A DNA stretch of 63,874 nt from Lama glama (Eukaryota), in the NCBI GenBank assembly GCA_028534125.1, contig CM052850.1, positions 24,614,001 to 24,677,874 on the forward strand, given 5' to 3'. Position 1 is the first letter of the stretch. Each line of letters opens with the position of its first letter. The notes under the pieces are model-generated. The model was not told the origin of the DNA, made no database searches, and saw only the letters and a list, made by a program, of their open reading frames with translations. Below are positions 43,581 through 56,779 of the stretch, one piece after another. The translations under genes were made by a program, and so were the position numbers.

Positions 43581-46509
43581 CTAAGAGGCAATGCAGAGAG
43601 TGAGCACCTCTGTGGGGTCTGGGGAATCCTGCAGAGCACCTCTCTCATCGGGTCACAACGGAAGGAGAGACCTGAACCCGGTATCCCTGATCCTTTCACA
43701 GACGCTTCCAGGTAACCCTCAGCAGCCCAGCGAAAGCAGAGGAGTGAGAGGAACAGCCACACTGACCTGGCGCGTGGTCAACACACACTGAAGTGAACTT
43801 GGAATCCTGCCAACACAGAGGCATCTCCTTTACAAAGGAGACTGAGCTGGCACTTATGTGAGCTGTACATTAGTGGAGCTCAACTTAGAAGTAATGAAAA
43901 GAGTAGATTTTTAAAAGGCTACAAACAAATTCCTACTAAAGGCAAATCTTCTTCATCTTGGAGGGAAAATACAATGTCTAGCTCAGTGATATGGAGGCGA
44001 AATGGAATAGCCTTGCCGCTAAAAGCACCAAGGAGCGGCCCGGAGCAGCCCTGCAGCCCGAAAGGAAGCAGTTTAAGCAGCACTAGTGCTATCTTGTGAA
44101 TTCAAAATGTGACAGGAGGAAAGGACTCATTACCTAAAGTGAAGGACAAGCTAAGCAGGGGCAAAGGACGCAGCAAGACAGTGGGTGTTGGCACGCCTTT
44201 CAGCCCCCAGGTAAGCCCCTCTCAGCAGGACACCCAGGCCGGCTCAGGACTTCTGACTTCTACTCGGCACAGGCATCACCGCCAAGTGTGCACACACCTT
44301 GCTCCTGCGTCCCTCTGAGACTCCTACCTGGCCGTGCTGCTTCAACCACGAAAAGCCTTCAACCATTCATGCAAAGAGGCAAGAGAAAGACAATGCAACA
44401 GCATAACAGCAAAGGGTATGAACAGCCCAGAGAGATAGGCAGATGGATGGTGAACACAGGAGAAATGTTCAGCCTCACCCATACTAGATGCAAATCAAGA
44501 GGCAACTCAAATACCACGGTTCACTATCAGACAGAAAAATTAAAGTGGGATAATTCTAGTTATTAACAGGGAAGCTGGGAGAGAGGCAAGACAGACAGAC
44601 CGGGATGTGGGCTGGGCACCCTTTCTGGTGGGTAATTTGGCAACATCCATCAGGATTTAAAACACTTTGTTTTTTCCCTCTTCTAAGAATCACCCCAAAG
44701 GTAGTCCTTGAGGGCACCCCAGACCATACAATAAGACTACACGTCATTCTAGCGTTATATGCAAGGGAAAGACCACAGCCAACGCTGGAGATAGATGTCT
44801 GTCAGTCAGGGCTGCTGAACAGGAGGCCGACCTCCCGCACTGACGGGCAGAGGCCTGGGCGACCCCAGCAGCAGGACAGAGCACTGCAGCGCAAGCAAAG
44901 GAGCTGGATGAACGCACAGGATGAGCACATGGAGCATGCGAGACAGCTGCACCTCACACCGTGCTGACACTTACGTGGGCACCTGGGGAAAGGCAGAGGG
45001 AAGGTGGCCCAGTGATGCTTTCTGTGCTATCCACATTTTTAAAACATGCATAGTAATTTTGTTGTTTTAATCAGAGAGTTTATCTAATTTAAACAGTGAT
45101 GTTTACAAACACTTTTCTCTTGTTCATCCATCCTAATGTCCCTTTAAAAGAAGAAACCTTTGCTGATTTCCCACCGCCAAGAGTACAGCCTGAAGCCTGT
45201 CCTCCGGCCTCAGGCCTCGGGAAAGCCGGCACCAACCACCAAGGGCCGCACCACATCACCATGCTGCTCCCTCTCCCTGCCTGGCTCCACTGGCCTCGGA
45301 AACACCTGGCAGACCAGAGCCAGCTCTGAGGTCACCACTGAGCTGGGGCCCTGCTCAGGCTGACAGGTCCCTCCTCCGAGCCCACTGATGTCCACCCTGG
45401 CTTCTGTTTCCAGCCCTGAGCACCCTGTATTGTAGGTAGTTCAGCTCCACATCTGTTCCTCCCACGCACTGACAGCCCAAAGCAGAGCCCGCCCAGTGCT
45501 GGCCTGGTGCTGGTGTGCCGGCGTGGAGGAAACAAGTGCTTTTGTGTACCTGTCCCTGAGGTCACAGATAAATTATCTGTGACAGGGGACACACAGAAAG
45601 CAAGGACTGAGAACTACAACACCTCACTCCTACAGCACCTCACCTGCTGGCTCAGAGTGGGAGCAGGGGAAGAGTCCACTTAAGGTGACAATATTAAAAG
45701 CCAACATTTAAAAACACAGCGTTCAGGGTTTGGAATGAAGGATTCAGAGCCTCTCTCACCAACTATTTACTGGGAACCTCTCTTGAAAGAAGAACTTGGC
45801 TTCGGCCAGTTCACGTTCACAGGAGAGCTTTGCGGATGATGACGCAGGAGGTTCTCTTACTTCTTCCCTTGCGGGGAGGGGGAGCTTTCCCAGCAAGGCG
45901 GGGCCCAGTCACACTGCACACCCCGACCCGGAGCCTCCTGAGCCCACGGCGGAACCAGCAGCTTGTTTCCACACAGCACCAAGCTGAGGCTGCGGGGAGC
46001 AGGACGGAGGGGACGGAGGCCCCAGGAAGCCCCGGCCCTGTCACCCGCCTGCGGGAAGTGCCAGGCCCACAGGCAGGCTCGGGACACCCCGCTGTCCAGG
46101 GGCCGCTGCTTCACAGCAAAAACAAGGGCCAGAACCCAACGTCCTTTCCGTCTACTGGAGGCTCTCCAAAACCAACTCTTGACTGACACACTGCAAATAA
46201 ATCCAGCTCCAGTTCCAGTCAACTTAAGAACAGAAGGACATCTTTCAACACCCGAAGAGAGATTATCTCACTTTATTTTTCCTGTTACGAAAAGTGAAAA
46301 TGCTGTAAAGGTGCTGAATGGGGCCAGGAGTGGGAGGAACGGAGTCAGTTCTTCACAGCGAGTAACAGATGCAGTGGTTTTGGAGGCCAGGCATGCGTCC
46401 CGAAAGCTGAAATTACTCACCTTCAACGTCGGAAAGGTGACAGGGGCACCAGGAATAGCAAGCTACAGGGTAAGTGGGCACATGCCAGAGTTTCTGTTCT
46501 TACTCTTAC

Positions 46510-46600
46510 CTTTTTCAGAAACAGCCACGGACCCCACCACCACCAAGTCCACAAGGACCCTGGAATCCAAGCCCACGGGAGCGCTGTGGTTCCTCACACC
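46510..46600 (-). CDS. MTHFSD: MTHFSD exon 5
   Basis: ccacag|GVRNHSAPVGLDSRVLVDLVVVGSVAVSEK+G|gtaaga; 91 nt; contains the DLVVVGSVAV motif of 5-formyl-THF cyclo-ligase-like domains. Confidence 0.95.
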
Positions 46601-49018
46601 CTGTGGAGGGACAGACACGTGGCCTGAGAGCTCCCCAGCAGAGTGGCCACCCTGCCTCACAACTCAAGAGTCCAAATGAGCCCCACAGGAAGCTCACCGC
46701 CCCACAGCACACACTCAGCACCATGGAGGTGGCAGCCCAGGAAAACCAGGGATCAGAACCATTTTAGGACATTGCCCACCATTCTTTCCCAGCAAAGACT
46801 TCAGGAGGAACTGACAGCACAAGCCAACAAGACAGTCATTTCATAATGTTCAGCAAATCAGCCTCTCCCAGGAGGGAGAGAGCACAGCGTTCAGAACACA
46901 GGCTCGGGGGCCACAGGGAAGTGGGTCCACATCCCCCCTTGCCCTGCAGTCTCTGCAGGAGGAAACTCTGAGCTTGAGTCTCTCCCTCAGTAAGGCAGGG
47001 ACACCAGCCCTACCTCGCCCCCTGGTGTTGGGATGAAATGACAGTGGGGGGTAAAGCGTGGAGCACGTAAGATGTGGTCGTTTACTGTGTGTACTACTTC
47101 ACCAGGCAATACTCTCTCACTCTTCACGAACAGCAGATCACTCCTGACGTATTAAGTATTCAACCAGAAAGCACTCAAAGTACCACCCTTGTACTGACTA
47201 AGGGAGGCCTGCACAGGGAGGCTGCTGCAGCTGTGACTGACAACGGGCGACAGGGAAATCTAGGAAACTAGACCAGAATGCTGTGCGGATGTGATCTGGG
47301 GCCCTGTCGATGGATAAAGATGGGCTACTCATAGGATCAGTACTGTGCTTAGTCTGGGGCCTCCCAACAGTCAGACCACCATTATCGACCCATGGCACCC
47401 TTGCGGTAGGAAAGCCTGTCTTCCCTGAAGCTCATAGCGGCCATGCAGGCAGACATCTCATGTCCACAGCCTGCGTCCTCAAGCCCGTTTCAGTGGGCTC
47501 GGTGCCTGGTAGCCTCAGGGAGCGACACCCACATGGTGTTTCCTGTGTTGTAACCTGTCTGACCTCCTCTTCTCCCAGTGGGTCAGCCTCACCTGCTGAG
47601 TCTGACCAAAGCACGAGCATCCAGGAGTCTTCCTGACTTCCCAAAGTCCTGCTCTAGTCCACAAAGAGTCCCCAGATGGGTAAGGGACTTAAACAACCTA
47701 AATAATAACCACACTAAATTTGCATCTGCATGTAGACGTGGCCTTAGGAGCCTCTCCACTTTTTCCGCTACCATAAAGAAAATGAAAATCTTTTTGAAGT
47801 CCATGACTTGATCTCTGATTTCCATCCAGGATCTCATGACATGAAAGAGCCCAAACACCGCCGTTCGGTCCGTATGGGATTCAGTCACGACAGCCCGCCT
47901 GGCTCTACCCTGGCAGGGCCGTGCTGTCGGGAGAGCCTGTGAGAGACCAGCCAGTGCTGGCGCTTCACGGGACTCCCGGCAATGAACAGTGCATCGGGTC
48001 CCTTCAGAAGGGGGAGCAGGGTGCTGTTCAGGGTGACACAGACCACTATACCGGCACCACGGCCATGTCCAACCTGGACCTCAACCCCAGGAAAGAGCTG
48101 CTGTCACTGTCCAGAACCTACGACTCGTAACCCATCACAATCCCTGTCGCTCTCCGAGGTGTGGGCTCAGACCTGTGGCCACGTCTGCCCACCTCAGCGG
48201 ACACATGGTGTGCACTTTGAACACTGACCAGAAAGAACCATGGGTGTCTCTTGCGCTTATCTTCCCTTTGCTCTTTTCTCTACACATTTTATTATCTTAC
48301 TTTATTATATGTGCTTTTGTACGCCAGGTCAAAGTCTGTTTTTGGAATAAGCCAGGTTATCAATAAACAATACAGCATTCACTCTGTATACACTAGACAT
48401 AAGTAGAAAATCCCTTTTAAAAAGGAGTATCTTGATGCCCTATTTCTTATTCTTATTTGAATAGAAATCAAATTATCTGGGGTCAACTCTAGAACTTTAA
48501 AAATGTCACCAAATTCTATTTCTCTGCCTTTAAAAAACTAGACAAATGCCATTATAAGGCACCCCAGCGTAAGAGTCGCACAGCTTGGCTTTATGACACT
48601 GTGAGGCAGTCGGGAAAATCACGATGCTGAACTACCAAAGCCATCATTACTTAAGCACTTGGTGAGGCAATTTCCCATTGAACATATTTTGGAAATTCCA
48701 CTCCGTGTCCTCAGTTGTATGGGACACTGAACGGCACCACAGAATAACACTGGAGGGTGCCAGAGCACCAGAAAACTGGCTACTCCTTTTCTCAACCGGA
48801 ATTTACAATTTGCCAACTTGGTGCAAAAGAAAATCGAGTTGCAGTTTTTCTCCTCAGCTCCTTTAATGACAACATTGCTGATTACTTTAACGCTGCTCCT
48901 CATTTGGGTTTGTTAAGCACAGTTTCAACCCTGTGGTGAATTTGCACTGTTCTGACTCACCGGAAGCCGCGGCTGAGGACGGTTCTTCCCAGTGGTGGGC
49001 ACTGCTTCTCAAACTTAC

Positions 49019-49132
49019 CTCAGAGGTGGCACATCTTCTCAAGACATCTTTCGTTGCCCCGGGGGGTGGTATGATCTTATTAAACAACCCCGTTCTCAGT
49101 CGTGGTGTTGGAACCAGCAACGTTTTTTTGCT
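49019..49132 (-). CDS. MTHFSD: MTHFSD exon 4
   Basis: taaaag|[38 protein letters not shown]|gtaagt; 114 nt. Confidence 0.95.
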
Positions 49133-49573
49133 CTTTTAAAAGAAAGTCAATAAATGACAAAGTTCAACATGGGAACCTTCTTGTGTAAGTTTTTAACACT
49201 TCAGAAACAGAAGCAGGTCACAAGTCATAAAGCTTGCTGACTCTACTCTACTTGCCATTCAGAATTGTCACAGGTTAAAGCGACAGTGCAAACCCAAATG
49301 AAGGTCTGTTCTCATTAAAACTCCAACCATAGCTTGCCTATGCCTTCTGTTGCCAGCATTACACACTGTACAATTACAACGATGTTTTCATTTGAAGCCA
49401 GCCTTGCACAGCCACGTTAAAACATCATCCCATCAAGCATTTATATCTAGTTTGCTGCTCGGTAAATCGCAGTCTGAGAGATCAGGACTTGTTACAATCA
49501 ATATATAAAAACTGACCCATGACGATAGCCCTTTTCTTCTATTTAATTCTCAAATGTCTATTGTGAGGCCCAG

Positions 49574-49705
49574 AGCAAGGGTTCTCAAAGTGGGGGCCCC
49601 TGGCCACCGGTAGAAATGATCAGAAGCTCTGGGGCGGGGCCCAGCAACCTGCTTGGACAAGCCCACTGTATGTTCTGATGCACAGGAGAAGTTCGAGACC
49701 CATGG
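49574..49705. mobile_element. MER5A-like hAT-Charlie element
   Basis: ggttctcaaagtg...gaagctctggggcggggcccagcaacctg...acaagccc...ttctgatgca...agttcgagacc. Confidence 0.65.
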
Positions 49706-51096
49706 CCCAAGGCCACCACTGTAGATTATGCAGGGTGGGACATAAGGCAATCATACAACTTGTAAACTGTTTCATGTAAAAACAGCATTTTTACTTTTTG
49801 TGCAGGAGATGACAACCTAAGACCAATAAAACACTGTAAAATCAGAGTTTGGCTTAAATAAAGGTTTTCAACCCCAAGAAGATTATTTCAACACAGATAA
49901 CGAGTACGTGCTATTTTCCTTCTGAGTGTGACAGAGGGGGGTCACTCTGTCTGCAGGCTCCAGATCCTAGGGGCACTGCACACTACTCTGCTCAGCCCAG
50001 CTCTGTGGACCTCAGCCCTGGCTGTACACTAGGATCCCCTGGGGAACTCTGAGACTCACCAAGAGCCGATCTGCTTGAGCCTGACTCAGAACCGGTCCCT
50101 GGCCACAGAGAGTCTTCAAAGTTCCCCGAAAGGTGCTACCTTACAGCCAGGGTGCTCAGGCCAGGGGATCTCAAAACACCACCAGGGCATTTACTGTGAA
50201 TAGGCTATAGAACCAAATGAGGGTCTGGGGTTGAGCCTGGGAAGCCGTGCCTCCTGGTGTGGTCTGCGGCCTGTGCATCACCACCCCTGCCTGCAGGGCA
50301 TGCACTTCCCCACCCAGAGTGAGGGGCGCCCCACAGATCGAGGCTTCTCAGGAGCTGTGGGGGACCTGAGTCGTCACCTGAGGTCGAGTGGTGGATGGCA
50401 GAATCCCACAGACCCTGCACTGACATACACAGCACCACACTAACACTGTCAACAGTGCTTTGTTTCGGCAAAAAACATTACCTGTTACATTAAATGAGTG
50501 CTGTTATCCAAATGTTATTGCTTTTCTAATTTTGCTTATATTTAATTTACATGTTTATTTTGGTTTTACAGTTGCATAAGAGCTATGAGCATTAAAATTT
50601 ATGCCAAGTTTTATGCTTATACTTACAAGATTAAGTTATAATAAGTTAAAGTAACCCTGGGGGAATTTTTTTTTCTCAAAAAGGGGCCTATTATATCTAA
50701 GCTAAGAAACACTGTTCTAATTCATATATTTTGGGAACTCATTTATCAGATTTCTCACTCACGGGTTCCTAAGTTTTAAAGAATTTTAGTGTTACAAATG
50801 TAGCAGAGGAAATACACATATTGTAATCTTCTCTTCTGATAGATACATCAGAACTGGGATGACTCAAAGTCACTGTTTCAAAGTGCTTTCTCTTTGAACT
50901 CAGAAATGTTCAGGACTTTTGACTGATGATGAAAAACTTCCAGACAGTCCTGGAAAAAACGACTCCCAGGGCACGTTCTGCATTGAAGGGAGTCATAAGC
51001 ACCATCCTCTAAATGTGGGACTGTGAACACTTGCCAGCACCTGGGGAAGGTGGGCTGGTCAGTGGCCAGGGCTCCAGCTCGGGGAAATGGGATTAC

Positions 51097-51210
51097 CTGC
51101 AGCGCCAGCAGCCGGACGCCTTCCAGCGGTTTATCGGGGTCCACTTTAACTTCCTGCGTTCTGGCAAAAGCCTCGAGGTCTTTGATGTTTTGGCAAGCCA
51201 CATAAGAGCC
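51097..51210 (-). CDS. MTHFSD: MTHFSD alternative exon 3b
   Basis: aaccag|[38 protein letters not shown]|gtaatc; 114 nt, phase 0/0. Confidence 0.93.
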
Positions 51211-51242
51211 CTGGTTAAGCAGACAGACAGAGGTGCACTTAC

Positions 51243-51356
51243 GTCCAGGACGAAGAAGCGGGCATTTTTCTGGGGAGCGTCAGGATTGACTTTAATGGTT
51301 CTGGCCATTTTGAACGCCTGTAAGCGTGGGAAATGCTCAGCAGCCCGAGAAGCACC
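51243..51356 (-). CDS. MTHFSD: MTHFSD alternative exon 3a
   Basis: aaacag|[38 protein letters not shown]|gtaagt; 114 nt, phase 0/0. Confidence 0.88.
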
Positions 51357-51878
51357 CTGTTTTTAAATGCAAGTGCATGTTACTGAGAGGACACGACACT
51401 GGGCCACCCACAGCCTGATGCTCCAGCATCTCACCCAAACAGGCATGTGGGCCAATTCTGAGACAAGATCCAGGGTCACCTGAGAAACATCTAAGGAAGC
51501 AGCCAGGGTGGAAAGAGCTGAGAAGCAGCCTCACTGGGCTTCTTAGGGAGCCAACTGTGTGAAAAGCACCACAACAATCTCCAGCTTTTGGCCAAAGAAA
51601 CCCTTTCCTCTGTCAGCACCACCTTAGCACCACCTCATGGCAAGATGCAACCCACCCACCAACCCTGCACAGAAAAGGAAGAGGCACTTGAGGGTGCAGG
51701 TTAACGCAATGAGGGGCATCTCAAAACACAAAAGTCCTGGCATCTGGTTCGGATTTCACACCACTCACTGCTCACCGAGTTTAAATCCACCGTGAAGCAG
51801 GATGGTAACTGAGTTACTATTGTTACTCATCTAGGAATAGCGTGCTTCCCCGTGAATGTTCCGGGAATGCCTCAGTAC

Positions 51879-51982
51879 CTTGAAGTTGGGAATCCTGTGA
51901 TGAACAGGCCGGGGAAAATCAGCTAAATTTTGCGACTCCATGTAGTCCCAAATCTGCTCACGAATGTCTTGTTTGGAAACAC
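51879..51982 (-). CDS. MTHFSD: MTHFSD exon 2
   Basis: ccatag|GT GTT TCC...; encodes (G)[34 protein letters not shown], then gtactg donor. 104 nt, restoring phase 0. Confidence 0.95.
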
Positions 51983-54900
51983 CTATGGCAATAAAGGGTG
52001 TGACCGATGAACACAAAGACAAGAGCCATGCAGCGCAGCAGTCCCAGGTCACAGGACACCTGCTCCCACTGCACCCTGAGCTCTGCCACACCAGACCAGA
52101 ATCTGGGGCTTCTGATCCCTATATCAAAAAACCCAGGTTAGTGATAGGTTTTACTCTCACAACAAATTGCAAAGAGTCCAAACACTGTAAATTCAACATA
52201 ACCCAAATGTTTAGGCTAGTCTCATGAACTTGGAGCATGAGAACAAATGCAACCCAAACCATGGACCCAAGCATTCCCAAGTCCTCACTTGGAGATGAGA
52301 GTTCTGCTCAGTCAAGGCTGTGATTTCACCCTTGGTCTACTTAGTCTGGAGACAGCCACAATTACTTCACTCTTGCCGTAAGTCCTGCATACTTGCCTTA
52401 AACACAAGTGATTTCTAAGTCAGCTACTATTTTGAATTACCAACTACAATCCCCTTTATTGCAGGAATCTTTTACTCTAGATCCAATTTTGGAAATGAAG
52501 TTTTAGGCAACAGGTATTCTTTAATTATTTGACTGGGGAAGTCCCAATAGAATTTACATTAAGCATGTGCTCCTCTTAGAATGGAGAAAAACAAAAAGCA
52601 GTTTCCAGCTAAGCAGAAAAAGATAAAATCAGCACATTCATCTAAACACACTAAAGTATTCACTGAATTTTTGTTTTCTTGGTCCAGAAGGATATCCTTG
52701 CATTCATACAGAACTTTGTTTCAGATCACTTTGATGTGACGGGGCACCTCTTACCACCCCGGCAGGAAAGAGGGACAGGTTCAAACTCTTGGGTCCTCAG
52801 TCTTCCCTACATGAGTGGAGGCTGCTCCAAGATGACAAGAGGGAACAGTCCCATGGCCAGAGAGCTGGGAGTCACCTGCATGGGTGGTGGGGTGGGGCTG
52901 GCAGCCAGCTCCTCACCATAAACATTTATGAACTGTATGGCTTTGAGTCATATGAATAAATTACATTTTAAAAACTTAATTTTTTGTACATAGGGCTTTG
53001 AAACATACAAACGCATCCATAATGAAAAGCCTCTCCCCATCATCTGCCAAGTACCACGTCCCTTTCCCCAAGGCACTCAGTGCACCTGCTCTTCTTCTGC
53101 ATTCTTCCCCAGGCGCCTCAGGCTCCTCACAGGAGACACTGCCATGCTTGCCCTCACTCTCTTTCCCTGAGGTGCTGCACAATGCATGCAGCTGCACACA
53201 CTGCTCTGAACGCCGCTGCTGCTTGCTGTCTTGCAGATTAGTCCACATGGTACACAAAGAACACCCCCAATCCTCTCTGCAGTTAGACAGTATTCTGCGA
53301 TGGGGGCAGGTCACATTTTACTCAAGTGGTCCCCTACTGATGGGCAATAGATGGTTTCCAACCTTGTTACTGCTGGGTGTCTTCACAACCTTCGCCCATT
53401 TTATGTCAATTTGTTAAACCTCTACAAATAGTTCTAAGGTTTTAAGGGCCAGAGCCAAAGCTTTCTACTGCTTATGCCCTCAGGCTAGACACAGATCCCC
53501 TTGGAACAGCAGCACCCATACCAGACCCTTCACAGCCAGACCCCAGAGCCTTCTGGAGCCCACTGCAAACACTGCGGGTGCCTCTTGACCCCAGCTGTGC
53601 TTCTGAACCACCACAGAAATCAAGAATGCAGATCTGACTGTACTTAGGCAACATGCATCTCCAAAGATGCAGGCCAAGATTATACTGCTGTCGGCCTGGG
53701 TAGGGCTACATGGGTACTTTCCAGTGCTTGGCTTGTTCTTTCCTGCTGGGAGCACTGTCCCTCAGGAAAACCCTTACTCCTCAAGACCCAGCTTTGGCAA
53801 GACCTCCAGAAGTCTCCCTTCCATCCTGCTCCACTGCCCTGGGCCCCTGGCATAGGGTGTGGGATGAGCTGCAAAGCCCTGCTGGCCTCTTTGGCCTCAT
53901 CTCCCATCACCCTTCACCTCTAATTCAGAAAGTGGCCCAACTGTGTTGTTCCCTGGCCCCACACACCTGCCCCTCATCTCTCTTTCAGGCCTTTGTACCC
54001 CTCTCCTTCCTTTCCCCTCCCCGCTTCAGGTCTAGCTGAGATGCCACCTCCTCCAGAAAGCAATCTCTGAGTGCTCGATCACAGACCCATGTTCCTTCTT
54101 TAGGAACCGCCCTCCTTTAGGAACCCAGAGGACCCTCACTGTTTTTTCAAACAGAAACCGTTACATCAATACAACTATTAAAAGGCTATTACATTTATCA
54201 CTTTCACTAATGACCCAGAGGTCCTACAATATCCCCAACACTGTGCAGGATATGGTGTGAGACACAAGAAATGCAGGAATTGTGGCCCTTGCTCCAGAGT
54301 CAATTAATCACAAACATCTGAGTGACTCCCATTTAGAAAGCAGTGGGCTAACTGCAAGGGAAGGGAGAGAATGAAAGGGCAGATCCTTGCCCTTGGAAAG
54401 TTACCAAAACATGGGAAATGATTAGGATAATAAGAGGCGACATATATTAATGTGAGAAGTGCCAGAACCCTGTTCTGTTTTAAGTGCCTGTCAGGTCAGC
54501 ATGAGTCTTGCTCTTCCTTTTACCTCTAGCCCTGGGCCGACCTGGCACTCAGCAGGCGTCTCCAAAGGTCTTTGTTACTATCCCACTGTACTACCAGCAC
54601 CTACTTACTGTGCTGTTTACATGCTGCCCACATTGTAAGGGAGGAGTGGATTTATTCAGGGCTGTCCTCTCGGCTCTAACAGAACTTGGGGCACCAAGAG
54701 CCTTACTAATATCTTTGCCAGGCAATCCTGCGATAAATCACCAAAGCTCAAGGGCCCTGGAGCCAACTTCCTCAGGGCCTGGGACAGCCGAGATCTCAGG
54801 AAGCATTCCTTAAGAGGTCAGTGATGAAGCGCTCCAGCGTTTAGGTTAAACTGGCTTCCAGTCCTGCCCCTGCCGGCAGCTGTGAGCCTGTTTTCCCTTC

Positions 54901-55148
54901 TATAAAATGGGATGACATGGGAGGCAGATCTTAACGGGGGCGCACACCACCAAGTGCCCAGAAGGTAGCCCTACTTCGTTTTCTCCCATTTACTCCACCC
55001 ACCGGGTCGGGCTCCGGATCTGAGTCCGCCGAAGGTTCGACCCCGAAACCCCGCTCAGAGCCCTGGGCGTCCCCCCCACCCCTCCAAGTCCCCAGTCTGA
55101 CTCTGGCGGTCCCTCTGCCCAATCCTCGGAGGCCCCTCAGCAACCCCA

Positions 55149-55203
55149 CCCGTCCCTCCGGTGGCCCCTCCGCGACCCCCGCCCGTCCCTCCGGTGGCCC
55201 CTC
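55149..55203. repeat. 22-bp direct repeat with 33-bp period in MTHFSD intron 1
   Basis: cccgtccctccggtggcccctc at 55149-55170 and 55182-55203. Confidence 0.85.
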
Positions 55204-55238
55204 AGTGTCCCCAGCCCATCCCCTCAGCGGTCCCTCAC

Positions 55239-55254
55239 CCTCCCTCGGCTCCAT
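55239..55254 (-). CDS. MTHFSD: MTHFSD coding exon 1 (MEPRE+G)
   Basis: gtcgccATGG strong Kozak context at 55254; ATG GAG CCG AGG GAG G|GTGAGG donor; matches the known MEPR- N-terminus. Confidence 0.9.
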
Positions 55255-55959
55255 GGCGACGCCGTCAGCGCGCGACTCCCCCTCTGGCGGAGTCCCGTAC
55301 GAAGTGACGTCACCCGTGCGCGCTTTTCGCGCGCCTGCGCACTGGCCTGGAAGCGGGGGAGGGCGGGGGCGCCGTCTCAGAGGCCTGGCGGGAAGGACCC
55401 ACAGCGCATGCGCGTGTGACGCCGCAGGCAGGGCTGTTGTAGGTCCGGTGGGGGAACAAGCGTGACTCCCGGGCCTGAATGTTTGTTCTTGGAGCGGGCC
55501 AGCATTGAGCACTTGCTCGACGGGCGTTCGCCGGGCGCTGGGGGGCTACCAAGTGAACAAGCCCCTGGCTTGTCGGAGCCCACTGCCAATTCCAACATAC
55601 TCACCTCTCCTTCTGGTCGCCATAGATTGCCTCCTCCAGGAAGCCGGACTTGATTGCTCCTCCATGACGGGATTCCTGTCCTCTGAGACCGTATAGAATT
55701 TAAATGATACAGTCTAGTTTCTGCTCCCTGACTTCTCCCTGCATCTCTTCACACACACAACTCCCAAAGTCCTGAAAGTAAAATAAAATAATGAATAATT
55801 CTAATGAAAAAGGCTGGCTCCTGAGAAGGTAGAAGATTCCCTTCCCTCCTGGGAGCCGCTCTTCTCTCCTGACTTCATTCCATCCTTCACAACCCCTCTG
55901 GGGCCTCCTTTGCTTATTGCCACCGTGAGACACGGTAGTCATTTTGAGGTAAGATGATG

Positions 55960-55995
55960 ATTCAAAGTCTGTCGCATTCAAAGTCTGTCGCATTC
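55960..55995. repeat. Perfect 16-bp tandem duplication
   Basis: attcaaagtctgtcgc twice, followed by attc. Confidence 0.9.
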
Positions 55996-56399
55996 CCTGA
56001 GGCTCAGAACACGCATCCTACAGGCTGCAAATTTGGTGAAGAACAAATAGCCTCCTCACCTTTTCCTCTCCCTGTCCTGTCCATCAATCAAAGCCCTGTC
56101 TGCAGCTCCCAGAGAGCAGTCTGCTTCTTGCAGGGTCTGATAATGAGTCCTTTAACCCAACAGGGTTAATTACAGGCTTGCAAGTTGGTGGTATAAAAAG
56201 CTAAAACTTCATAGACATTGAGTTATGTGTTCAGAAGTCATGCCTTCATGTGTACACTACTGACAGTGTATATATAGTTATGAAATTACATAAATGTATG
56301 TTTCCATATAGACTTTTTATTTATATAGAAGTGTCCATTTGAACTTTTTAAGTTGCCTCTAATTTCCAAGACCCTCACCCTAATCTCAAAGAGGCAACA

Positions 56400-56560
56400 A
56401 AGTAATGGGTTAAGAGATCCTGATTCCCTCACTTGTAGCTGAAAATTTGGGGTCAGTTATTTAAGATATCTAGACCTCTGTTTCCTCACCTGTAAAATGA
56501 TGATACTAACAGTACCTACCCCAAAAGAGGATTAAATGAGATGTCATGGTCAGACCATCT
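56400..56560. mobile_element. MIR SINE fragment
   Basis: ggttaagag...agttatttaa...ctctgtttcctcacctgtaaaatga...agtacctacc...ggattaaatgagat. Confidence 0.7.
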
Positions 56561-56779
56561 TGGTACATGGTATTCATGCATTACATTTTCCCTCATTTAT
56601 TAGGGAGAAAAGTCTAGGAAAAGTCATACATTCATTCAATAAGCACTTCTTGTGCACCTATTATGCTCCAAGGTATCATGCAAGGCACTGGGGCTGCAGA
56701 GAGAAACAAGACAGAGTCACCCGCTGCCAGGAGAGAAAAGACGCATGTGGCAGAGATGAGGCTGCTAAACCAAAGTCAG

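Larger units (their letters stand above)
55000..55550. promoter_or_regulatory. MTHFSD CpG-island housekeeping promoter
   Basis: CRE palindrome TGACGTCA at 55305-55312, NRF1 palindrome GCGCATGCGC at 55404-55413, NRF1-like GCGCCTGCGC at 55331-55340, and GC boxes at about 55355-55370. Confidence 0.85.

Noticed and set aside
49019-49132. Exon 4 is also 114 nt, so it could be a third member of the exon 3 duplication
   Set aside because: It has no sequence similarity to 3a/3b and encodes the next required part of the domain, so the equal length appears coincidental.
54931-55512. 193-aa minus-strand ORF with repeated EGPPEGR
   Set aside because: Only MEPRE-G is MTHFSD exon 1. The remainder is GC-rich promoter and intron sequence containing the 33-bp-period repeat.
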